A stretch of 64,000 bases of DNA from an uncultured Chloroflexia bacterium (lineage in GTDB: Bacteria; Chloroflexota; Anaerolineae; B4-G1; SLSP01). The stretch covers positions 192,001 through 256,000 of the forward strand of contig CAVVUS010000030.1 in assembly GCA_963751345.1 (NCBI GenBank), in the 5' to 3' direction. Every line of letters starts with the position of its first letter. The first letter of the stretch is position 1. The notes beneath the pieces were generated by a model. It did no database searches. It was not told where the DNA came from and saw nothing but the letters and a program-made list of their open reading frames with translations. Below, in pieces: positions 31,026 to 40,466 of this stretch. The position numbers were made by a program, and so were the translations under genes.

Positions 31026-32001
31026 CTACCTCCTGCGTCGCTTCCGCATCGTGGCCATCCGCACGATGGCAGGGACCAGGTCCTCTTCCGTGGACATCGC
31101 GAAGAGATCCACGCCCGCCCGCTGAAGGTCCGCCTTGAGCGCGGCCTCACGCCGCTCCGCCGCCTCCTGGAAGCGGCGGCGAAAGCCCGGGTCGCCCGTG
31201 TCGACGTACAACTGCTCGCCGGTCTCGGCATCTTCGACCGCGATCAACCCGGCGTTGGGCAGCTCGGACTCGCGCGGATCCCACAGGCGGATGCCGACGA
31301 GTTCGTGTCGCCGGTTCAGGAGCGAGAGCGACCGCTGCCACCCCGGCTCGCTGATGAAATCGGAGATCACGAAGACGAGCGAGCGCCGTTTGAAGGTGTT
31401 GAGCCCGGCGAGGAGCAGCTCACTCAGGTCGGTCGTGCTCCGGGCAGGGGCGTCGGACTTCCGCAGCATCTCGTAGGTCAGGCGCAGGACGTGCGTCCGC
31501 CCGCTCCGCGGCGGAATCGTGCGCCCCACCCGGTTGTTGTAGAGGATCGCCCCCACGCGATTCCCGTTGCGCGTCAAAAGCCGCGCCAGCGTCGTCACCA
31601 GGTCGATCAGGACCGTCTCCTTGGAGCGATCCACCGGCCCGAAGCCCATCGACGGGCTGAGATCGAGCAGGAACCAGGAGGTGAGCTCCCGATCCTCAAC
31701 GTATTGCCGGACGTGGAGGCTGTTGGTCCGGGCAGTGACGTTCCAGTCGATGTGCCGGATATCGTCCTCTAGCTGATACTCGCGCAGGTCGGCAAAGTCC
31801 AGACCGTGCCCGTAGAAGAGCGTGCGATAGTCGCCCTGCAGCAGGCCGTCGAGCCTGCGGATGACGCGCCAGTCCAGCCGCTGCAGGATCCGCTCCGGCG
31901 CACGCCCACGCGTAGGCCCAGACGGGGCTTAGGCCCGGCGTGGGCTCAGTCTCGCGCGTAGCCTTACGCTCGGGCCGCAATGCGGGCGAGATCCCACTCA
32001 C
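31026..32001 (-). CDS. DUF58 protein (start unresolved, frameshift near 31900)
   Basis: Frame upstream of ORF 31026-31649 reads 'PERILQRLDW..GLDFADLREYQ..DDIRHIDWNVTAR..LLDLSPSM'. Confidence 0.85.
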
Positions 32002-32983
32002 GTAACGTGACCTCCGGCATAGGTACGGCGCTCAGGATCCGGTCCAGCAGGTCGTCGGGACTGACGTTGTCCGCCAGTGCCTCGTAGGACAGAACCAGCC
32101 GGTGCCGGATGACGTCACGGGCCAGGTCGCGCACCTCCTGCGGCAGCGCGTAGGCCCGCCCCCGGATAAAGGCGAGCGCCCGGGCGGTCAGGATGAGGTT
32201 GATCGACGCGCGCGGGCTGGCGCCGTACAGAATGAACGGTGCCAACTCCCCCTGCCCGATCCGCTTTGGATCGCGGGTCGCGGTCACGAGCTTGACCGCG
32301 TACTCGATCAGTGCCGGGTCGACGTAGACCGCGTCGACCGCCTGCTGCAACGCCAGCAACTGCTCGGTATCGATCACGCGCTGCACCGCTTGCAGCGCGC
32401 CGGTCATGCGCTCGACCACGACGAACTCCTCGGTCTGCGAGGGATATCCGACCAGTACCTTGAGCATGAACCGGTCGACCTGCGCCTCCGGCAGCGGGTA
32501 GGTGCCCTCGGATTCGATGGGGTTCTGGGTGGCCATCACCAGAAAGGGGTCGGGAACGCTATGGGTTTCCCGCCCGATGGTCACCTGTCGTTCCTGCATC
32601 ACCTCCAACAGGGCGCTCTGGACCTTGGCCGGAGCGCGATTGATCTCGTCGGCCAACAGCAGGTTGGTAAAGACCGGGCCGAGCGAGGTGTTGAACTCGC
32701 CGGTCTTCTGGTTGTAGATCCGCGTCCCGATCAGGTCGGCGGGGACGAGGTCGGGCGTGAATTGGATGCGGTGGAATTGCCCGCCTATGGTAGCCGCCAG
32801 GGTCTTGATGGCCATGGTCTTCGCCAGGCCGGGCACGCCCTCCACGAGGATGTGCCCCCGGGCTAGCAAAGCGACAAGGAGCCGTTCCAGCAGGATATCC
32901 TGTCCGACGATGATCTTCTTGACCTCGTAAAGCACCTGTTCCATCGTCTCGTTGCTCGAGCTCTGCGCGTATTCCATACTCAC
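31964..32983 (-). CDS. moxR: MoxR-family AAA+ ATPase
   Basis: 'EGVPGLAKT', 'RIQFTPDLVPAD', 'ADEINRAPAKVQSALLE', 'ATQNPIE', 'GASPRA'. Confidence 0.95.
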   Translation of the reverse strand: MSMEYAQSSSNETMEQVLYEVKKIIVGQDILLERLLVALLARGHILVEGVPGLAKTMAIKTLAATIGGQFHRIQFTPDLVPADLIGTRIYNQKTGEFNTSLGPVFTNLLLADEINRAPAKVQSALLEVMQERQVTIGRETHSVPDPFLVMATQNPIESEGTYPLPEAQVDRFMLKVLVGYPSQTEEFVVVERMTGALQAVQRVIDTEQLLALQQAVDAVYVDPALIEYAVKLVTATRDPKRIGQGELAPFILYGASPRASINLILTARALAFIRGRAYALPQEVRDLARDVIRHRLVLSYEALADNVSPDDLLDRILSAVPMPEVTLREWDLARIAARA

Positions 32984-32993
32984 TCCTATATCC

Positions 32994-33857
32994 TCATCTC
33001 AATACAGCGGTCCGCCCCCGCCGGCCGCAGCCAGGGCCGTGCCGATGGGCACCGCAAATCCGACGCCGACGAAGAAGGTCTGCTCGGAGGGATTGGCCAG
33101 CGCCGTGACGATACCCACGACTTAGCCCTGCCGGTTGAGCAGCGGGCCGCCGGAGTTGCCGGGGTTGACCGCCGTATCGAACTGGATCAGACCCTCCAGC
33201 TGCTGCATCGCTGCCCTCGACCGAGATCGAGCGGTCGAACCCCGAGATGACGCCCGCGCTCAAGGAAGCGACCAGCCCAAAGGGATTGCCGACCGCGTAG
33301 GCCTCGTCGCCCACCCGCATGGCCCCTGAGCTACCGAGCACCGCCGGCACGATGAGCTCAGGGGGTTCGGCAGGATGCACGACGGCGATGTCGTTCTCCG
33401 GCTCGGCGGAGATGATCTCGCCCGTCGTCTGGCTGCCATCGGCGAAGTAGATGTCGATCTTCGTCGTCCCGGTCACGACGTGCAGCGCGGTCAGGATGTC
33501 GCCGGCGTCGTTGACGATGACGCCGCTGCCGACGCCAAAGTGTCCTCCCTCCCCCGTATCGGCACTCTCGGTCTGGATGAAGACCAGTGACGGCAGGATG
33601 ACCTGGTAGACCTGGGCGGAGTAAGGCGGCGGCGGTGTAGCCGAGGCCATCACTTGCGAGATCTCCGCGTCGATCTCACGTTGCGTTGGCGGCACGGGTG
33701 GGGGATAAAGGCGGTTGTAAGCGTACACGCCTACGAATACGGAGACGAGGATCAAGGCGAACGGCCACGCGCGCTTCGCAACGACGCGCCATCGCTGTGA
33801 CCGCGCAAGCCCCTTCCTGCCCTCCGGAGCCGGTGGTGCACTTGGGTCTTCAGCCAT
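32994..33857 (-). CDS. Membrane-anchored trypsin-like (S1C/HtrA) serine protease without PDZ domain; frameshift ~33200 and in-frame TAA at 33122-33124
   Basis: TM helix, '[14 protein letters not shown]', 'NDIAV', 'AVGNPFGL'; shifted frame gives '[18 protein letters not shown]'. Confidence 0.85.
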   Translation of the reverse strand: MAEDPSAPPAPEGRKGLARSQRWRVVAKRAWPFALILVSVFVGVYAYNRLYPPPVPPTQREIDAEISQVMASATPPPPYSAQVYQVILPSLVFIQTESADTGEGGHFGVGSGVIVNDAGDILTALHVVTGTTKIDIYFADGSQTTGEIISAEPENDIAVVHPAEPPELIVPAVLGSSGAMRVGDEAYAVGNPFGLVASLSAGVISGFDRSISVEGSDAAAGGSDPVRYGGQPRQLRRPAAQPAGLSRGYRHGAGQSLRADLLRRRRICGAHRHGPGCGRRGRTAVLR

Positions 33858-33926
33858 ACGGAATAGCTCTGTGTCCCTTTAGCCTGACAACTGACGAGCG
33901 ATCATCCGGGTAACATCATCACCTCC

Positions 33927-33958
33927 AGTTTACCATATTATTCTGAGTGTATTCTGAG
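33927..33958 (-). promoter_or_regulatory. Direct-repeat operator and extended -10 box of the protease-moxR operon
   Basis: ATTCTGAG twice with 11-bp period (33940, 33951); minus strand TCTCAG-N5-ACTCAG then TGGTAAACT. Confidence 0.55.
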
Positions 33959-34033
33959 AAATCGCTACGAAGTCCCCATCTCAGACTGTGTCAGGCCCAA
34001 ATGCTGCCGGTGGTCAGTTAAGCTGACTCTTGG

Positions 34034-34110
34034 GGTTCGTAGTAACGACTTCAGTCGTTCCGGTGCCTCAGTAGGCGGCGCCAGAACCGCTGAAGCGGTT
34101 ACTACGAACC
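34034..34110. repeat. GTAG-type REP doublet (REPIN-like)
   Basis: GGTTCGTAGTAACGACTTCAGTCGTTC ... GAACCGCTGAAGCGGTTACTACGAACC. Confidence 0.8.
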
Positions 34111-34218
34111 AGGTTAACGGGCCACCAGAAACAGAACGAAGTTGTGTATTTTGCACAGGCACAAAACCGAATTACCCTATCGTGGAACAGAAAAACGAGG
34201 CAGGTAGGAGATGGAACT

Positions 34219-35740
34219 ATGGATCAAACGGCCGGCTCCTGGCAATTGGCTTCCGCGACAGCCCTCCCGACCCATCAACCCAGCCGCCGGTTGTACTTCT
34301 TCTCCGAAGCGCTGCCGGAAGGCGCCCGCAACATCCACCCAATCTATGCGCCGGTGACCAAGCACGGCGTTGTGCTTGAGGGCGACGCCCCTTGGGAACA
34401 GGGCGGCGCGGTGGCGTCGTTTTGCAGTACGGTGATGCGCCTCGAGGATGGACGCTACCGCCTCTACTACACCACGGTCAACGCCGGAGGCATGCGCCTG
34501 GCCGTGGCCGAGTCTGCCGACGGCCTTGCCTGGCAGCGTCTGCCGCTGGGACAGGAGCGCTGGCAGGGACACGACTACCAACCGCATCGTCCTGACGGGG
34601 GTCCCCGGCGCGGAAACAATCGAGCATCAGGCCATCGCGCTCGAAGGTGACGCCGGCCGGCAAAACCAGGTGGGCCAGCCCCAGGTGCTGCGCTTGCCCG
34701 ATGGTCGCTGGCGCATGGCCTACTGGCATCACCAGCACGGCTGGGGCCGGATTCCCTACCTCTACACCATCGCCGAGAGCGACGACGGCCTGCGCTGGCA
34801 CGTGCCGCACTACGATCGCCCGGCGCTCACTTCCCACTGGCTCGGAGATCAATCGGCGCTGGACCCCCAAGCGAAGCTGGCGGAGAAAGCCCGCCGCACC
34901 AACGACGCCAACTACGTGTACTGGAATCCGCGATTGCAGTGCTACGAGCAGTTTTCACAGTGGCTTCTCGACGCCATCCCCGAGCGGCGCGTCGCCGAGG
35001 ACAACGCCCCGGACGTCAACCGCATGATCCAGCGCCGCGTCAGCGCCGACGGCCTGACCTGGAGCGCGCCGGAACTGGTCATCCGGGCGGACGCTCGCGA
35101 CCCGTGGGACCAGCAGTTCTACCACCTCGCCGTACAATACCACGAGGATTGGCTGATCGGCTCGCTGGGCCACTACCGGGTCGAGGCCGCGCAGCAGACG
35201 ATGGACCTTGAGCTGGCCTTCAGCCGCGACGGACGCCGCTGGGAGCGCCCGCTGCGCGGCGGCTTCATCCCGCGCGAGCCGGGAGGGCGCGACGCCGAAG
35301 GCGTCTACCCGCCCAATGCCTGGATCGATCGCGGTGACAACTGGCTGTGTCTCTACACGGGCTCGGCCCGCAAGCACAACCAGCACGCCCGGACCGACCT
35401 GCCGCCCAACTGCATCATGGCTGCAACTTGGTCGAAGCACCGCTTCGTCGGGCTGCGTGCCGGCCACGTGCCGGGCGGGTTCCTGACGCCGGTGGTCTAC
35501 CCGCAGGCGGCTGAAATCCGGCTGGACGCCGACGTGCGCGGCTGGCTGCGCGCTGAGCTCTGCGACGCCTGGGGCCGGAAGATCGAGGGCTATCACCTGG
35601 AAGATAGCATCCCCGTCCATGGCGACGACACGGCGCACGTCCTGCGCTGGCGCGATCGGGACACCGGTAGCTTCCGCCACGACCCGGTGCGCCTGCGTTT
35701 CGAATATGCCGACGCCGACGTCTATTCCGTGCTGACATGA
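34219..35740 (+). CDS. Glycoside-hydrolase-like five-bladed beta-propeller protein (frameshift near 34575)
   Basis: Repeated Asp-box-like motifs 'AESADGLAW', 'AESDDGLRW', 'VSADGLTW', 'FSRDGRRW'. Confidence 0.65.
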
Positions 35741-35842
35741 CCTCTGCGCCGGGCCCCGGCGAGTCTGCTTGTACCTGTAGGGGCACGAGCGGCCGGGGAC
35801 CTCCGTCTGAGGCGCAGGGACGGGGAGGGAGAAGGCCCATAT

Positions 35843-36038
35843 GCATCAAGCTAAGCCCACGTTCGCGTCGGCGAAGGCCATCCATCTATGGACCGCGGGC
35901 GTCTCGCCCGCTCTGAGCGCACGCGTGACCCGCGATGACCCTCGTGATCTGCGCATCACGTACCTGCGCGGGCTAGCAGAGCGGGCGAGACGCCCGCGGT
36001 CCACTATTGGCGCCCACCTGGCGTCCTTAGCTTGATGC
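35843..36038. mobile_element. MITE-like element with 13-bp terminal inverted repeats and a nested REP doublet
   Basis: GCATCAAGCTAAG (35843-35855) / CTTAGCTTGATGC (36026-36038); internal 27-bp perfect IR at 35889-35915 / 35977-36003. Confidence 0.7.
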
Positions 36039-36114
36039 CCATAGGCGAGCTGCCCGCGGTCCAGCAGACGAGCGCCTTCTCTAGTCTGCTCCTATCCATA
36101 TCAGGAGGAAACCG

Positions 36115-38211
36115 ATGACACTCGAACACACGTGGTACCAGACCCGCTACCGCCGCATGCTCGGTGGATATGCACATCCCCGACTGGGATCCGGCGTTCC
36201 TCGCCCACTACGATCCCCAACGCATGATCGACCTCTACGTGCAGGCGAACCTCAATGCCGTGATGTTCTACTGCCAGTCGCACGTCGGGCTCTGTTACTG
36301 GCCCACGACGACCGGCAAGCAGCACGCCGGTCTGAACGGGCGCGACATCGTCGGCGAGTTGCTGGCCCTGCTTAACGAGCACGACATCGCCGCGACCGCC
36401 TACTACTCGCTGATCTTCAACAATCAGGCAGCCCTCGACCATCCCGACTGGGCCATCATCTCGCCAAAGGGATATCACAAGCCCGGGCGGTATGGTCACG
36501 TCTGTCCGAACAATCCCGACTACCGGGCCTTCGCGCTGGCCCAGACGGAGGAACTGGTCACCGGGTACGACTTCGACGGCTTCTTCTTCGACATGACCTT
36601 CTGGCCCGACATCTGCGTCTGCCCACACTGCCGCAAGCGCTATCTGGAGGAAACCGGACGGCCCATTCCGCTGACCATCGACTGGCTCTCCCCTGAATGG
36701 TGCGCGTTCCAGGCGGCGCGCGAGCGCTGGATCGAGGAGTTCGCCGGGATGTTCACCGCGCAGGCACGGCTGCGCAAGCCCGACATGCCGGTCTACCACA
36801 ACTTCGCCACCGCGCTGATCGGATGGTCGCCCGCCGTCCCCTTCTCCTCGGCGAAGCACCACACCTTCCTCGGCGCCGACTTCTACGGCGACCGCGTGGA
36901 ACAACTGCTCGCCTGCAAGACGATGCTCAACCTCAGCGAGCACCGTCCCATTGAGTTCATGACCTCGGCCTGTGTGACGGTCGCCAACCACGTGACCCTG
37001 AAGCCGGCAGCCGAGATGGCCCTCCAGGCCTACGCCGCCCTGCTCTTCTCCGCCGCCTTCCTCTTCATCGACGCCGTCAATCCGGACGGGACCATCGAGC
37101 CCGAGCCCTTCGCGCAGGTCGGCGAGATCTTCGCGGAGACGTCCCGAGTATGAGCCTTACCTGGGCGGGACCTCTGTGGAGGATATCGGCGTCTACTTCA
37201 GCGACGCCTCGCGGGCCGACTTCTCCAAGAACGGCGCGCCTATCGGCCAGGCGACGTGGGGCCACGGCACGCACACGCGTGCGGTGCGCGGGATGTGCCG
37301 GCTGTTGCAGCAGGCCCACCTCCCGTTTGGCGTCATCACGCGCAAGCAGCTACCGGTGCTCGACCGCTACAAGGTCGTCGTGCTCCCCGACGTGTCGCGG
37401 ATGGACGCCGAGGAAGTCGAGGCGATCCGGGCCTACGTGCGCGGCGGCGGTCGCGTGTACGCCAGCGGGATGACGTCGCTGACCGAAACGCAAGGGGTGC
37501 GCCGCACCGATTTCGCGCTTGCCGACGTCTTCGGGTGTCACTTTGCCGCCATAGACGCGGGCAAGACGACCTACCTCAAACCGGCGACGCCGGAGATCAA
37601 CCGGACCTCGTCTCTGCCTCAGAAATACGTCCAGCGCGACGCGGACGATGCTCCACCTTCAACCGGAGGCCGAGGGCGAGATCCTGGCCACCCTCAGCCT
37701 GCCCTACGGCAGCCCCGAGCCCGGCTCCCTCTTCGACCACGCGTGGTCGAGCATCCACACCTCGCCGCCGTGGGAGGACACCGGGCGCCCGGCCCTCGTG
37801 CGCCACCGGGTCGGGAACGGGCAGGCCGTTTACTGCGCGGCGGCCCTGGAGGCGGACGAGAGCGACGTCAACACCCGGCTGCTCACCGCCCTCCTGCGCG
37901 ACCTGCTGGCCGATCCCTCCTATACCGCCGAGACGCATCCCGACGTGTGGATGAACGTCATGCACCAGCCCGACCAAGGGCGCTTCCTGATCGGGTTCCT
38001 CAATGCGCAGCGCCAGGTGCCGCCCGTGCCCGTGCCGCCGATCCCCTTCACCCTCAGGCCACCGGCGGGGACAAAGGTCACGGCGCTGCTGCGCCTGCCT
38101 GATGAAACGCCGGTTCCGTTCTCCACCACGGACGACGGCACGCTCTACGCCACAGCCGATACGTTGGAGATGTTCGCGCTCTACATGGCCACCTACGCGC
38201 CATCCTCGTAG
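36115..38211 (+). CDS. Alpha-L-fucosidase/GHL6-like glycoside hydrolase with beta-galactosidase trimerisation domain (frameshifts ~36160, ~37148, ~37630)
   Basis: 'DMHIPDW', 'YCQSHVG.CYWPT', 'YDFDGFFFDM', 'CVCPHC', 'YKVVVLPDV'; pieces in ORFs 36164-37153, 37176-38102, 37648-38211. Confidence 0.75.
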
Positions 38212-38364
38212 CGGCGGTGCGTCGGCATCGTCCCGCTGCTCCAGCGCCATCTCGCTTACCAGGCGCCGCTGTCATTCGTGGTCATGCTCGCGCTCCCCAA
38301 GCTCTCGTCTGCGAGAGCCATGTTATAATCTATGGCAAATACCTTTAACAAATAGGATAGGTAG

Positions 38365-39177
38365 ATGCCACAAACTATAAGCGGGCTTAGCCCCAAGGAA
38401 GCCGAGTTTCTCTCGATACTGGCCTCACAGGGCAAGAAGATCTTCACTTCATCCGAAGCGCACGCGTTCTGGGGAAGCCCCAGTATGACGGATCAAGCCC
38501 TCTACCAACTGGAACGCCGTGGATGGCTGTACCGGCTTGAGCCTGGGATCTACCTGCTGCTCCCACTCGAAGCAGGGCCGGAGAGACACTGGTCGGAGTC
38601 AGCCCTGATCATCGCGCCATACCTGGTCGAACCAGCCGCCATTGCCTACTGGTCCGCACTGCACTACTGGCAGTTGACCGAGCAGATTCCGCGCATTACC
38701 TTTGTCCAGTCGACGACACGCAAACGACCGGCAACCAAGACGATTCTGAACATGAGCTTTCGGTTCGTCACCGTCAAGGAAGAAAAGTTCTTTGGCTTGG
38801 CGCGTCGAACGCTGGACGGCCAACCCTTCCAGGTGACGAACCGTGAGAAGACCTTGATAGATGCAGCGGATCGCCCCGAACTAAGCGGTGGCATCTATCA
38901 ACTGGCGCAGTCACTCCAATCAGCCCAGGAACTTGATTGGCATCAGCTGTCGGATTACTTGAGTCATTGGCCGACGACAAGTCCCACCAAGAGGATCGGC
39001 TATCTTGTCGAGGCACTCGATCTCGAAATCCCCGATCGGAACATGAGGATAGCGCAGTGGCAAGAGCGGATCGCCCCGGGCGTCGTGCTCCTCGAACCGG
39101 GGCGATCCCGAGATATCGGCAGCATCACTACCCGCTGGCAACTGCAGATCAACGTCGATGGTCCCTGGAATCGTTAG
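38365..39177 (+). CDS. Type IV TA antitoxin, AbiEi family (second copy)
   Basis: 'LERRGWLYRLEPGIY', 'IAYWSALHYWQLTEQIP', 'TNREKTLIDAADRP', 'KRIGYL'. Confidence 0.9.
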   Translation: MPQTISGLSPKEAEFLSILASQGKKIFTSSEAHAFWGSPSMTDQALYQLERRGWLYRLEPGIYLLLPLEAGPERHWSESALIIAPYLVEPAAIAYWSALHYWQLTEQIPRITFVQSTTRKRPATKTILNMSFRFVTVKEEKFFGLARRTLDGQPFQVTNREKTLIDAADRPELSGGIYQLAQSLQSAQELDWHQLSDYLSHWPTTSPTKRIGYLVEALDLEIPDRNMRIAQWQERIAPGVVLLEPGRSRDIGSITTRWQLQINVDGPWNR

Positions 39178-39186
39178 GAGACGACC

Positions 39187-40050
39187 GTGATCACCGAAGC
39201 CGAACTGAGGCAGAGGGCGTTCGCATGGGGCGTCGATGCGATGGTGGTGGACCTCGACTACAGTCTAGGGTGGTTCCTTGCTGCATTCTACGCGGCCAAT
39301 GAACGCGCAAACGGGCTGTGCTTCAAAGGGGGCACCTGCCTGCGGAAATGCTACTTCGGCGAGTACCGGTTCTCCGAGGACTTGGACTTCACAGCAACGA
39401 TCCGCGTCACGGCGGAGCAGTTAGTCGAGTGGACAGCCAACGCTTCCGCCTGGTCCGGGGACCACGATGGTCCCGGTTTCGAGGCAGCAGCCCCGCGCAT
39501 CGAAACGGTCCGTGACGAGTATGGTCATGAGACCTACCAGGTTCGTCTCTACTTCCGTGGCCCCTTACAATGGGGTGGCAGTCCCAGAGCGATTCGCCTG
39601 GACGTGACACGCGACGAGGTCATGATACTGCCTGCAGATACTCGAGCCCTAATCCACCCGTATTCCGATGCCGAACTCCTACAAGGTGTCGGGATTCCCT
39701 GCTACTCGCCCGTAGAGATTCTGGCAGAGAAGCTGCGGGCTATTGGCGGGCAGCGGCGATTCACGGTTTCTCGTGATCTCTACGACATTCACCACCTTAT
39801 ACGCATCGGTGTTACAGCCAAACAGTTCATTCCGCTGTTAGCGAGGAAGTTCGCGGCCCGCGAGGTAGATCTCGCCGACCTGAGTATCGAACGCGTCGAA
39901 GCTCGCCGTAGGGATTTTCAGGAGGACTGGGAACGCCGGCTCAACTACCTCGTCGAAGGGGAAAACCAGGGTCGATTTCGGTGCGGCATGGGAGACCCTG
40001 ATGGAGACTGTACGGGAAATGGAAGCTCAGAGCCCCCACATCCTAGATAA
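39187..40050 (+). CDS. Type IV TA toxin, AbiEii nucleotidyltransferase (second copy; 3' end probably frameshifted near 39965)
   Basis: 'FKGGTCLRKCYFGEYRFSEDLDF', 'EILAEKLRA', 'RDLYD'. Confidence 0.9.
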   Translation: MITEAELRQRAFAWGVDAMVVDLDYSLGWFLAAFYAANERANGLCFKGGTCLRKCYFGEYRFSEDLDFTATIRVTAEQLVEWTANASAWSGDHDGPGFEAAAPRIETVRDEYGHETYQVRLYFRGPLQWGGSPRAIRLDVTRDEVMILPADTRALIHPYSDAELLQGVGIPCYSPVEILAEKLRAIGGQRRFTVSRDLYDIHHLIRIGVTAKQFIPLLARKFAAREVDLADLSIERVEARRRDFQEDWERRLNYLVEGENQGRFRCGMGDPDGDCTGNGSSEPPHPR

Positions 40051-40111
40051 GCCCAAGGAAGGTTGATGCGCTCGCGCAATTCTGGTGCAGAATATGCATC
40101 CAGTGCACGTT

Positions 40112-40215
40112 CCGTTCCGCTCCCCGTCATGCTCGCATCCACCAGCCGATTCAGCGCGTCATAGCCAAAGCTGCCCCGCTGCGCGCCCGCCCATTCCAGG
40201 TAGGCGTCGAGATAT
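40112..40215 (-). pseudogene. Rhs/YD-repeat gene remnant
   Basis: Minus frame reads 'LEWAGAQRGSFGYDALNRLVDASMTGSGT'. Confidence 0.5.
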
Positions 40216-40466
40216 GTCTTGCTCTGAGACGGCCGGTAGAGAAAACCCGCACCACAGCTCTTTCACCTATCCACACACCCTTGATGGGTCCTCGGCACCG
40301 GCTGAAGACTATGATAACTCAACCAACAGAAATGGCGCCGCTGAAGCGACCCCCTTGGTATACAGGCCAAATCGCGTCACGTTAGCTGAAAACACCGGGA
40401 TGAGTATCGGAATCGCTTCCGAAGGGCATATAATACCGGCGAGTCCTTGACGTACGGGAGGTCCCC

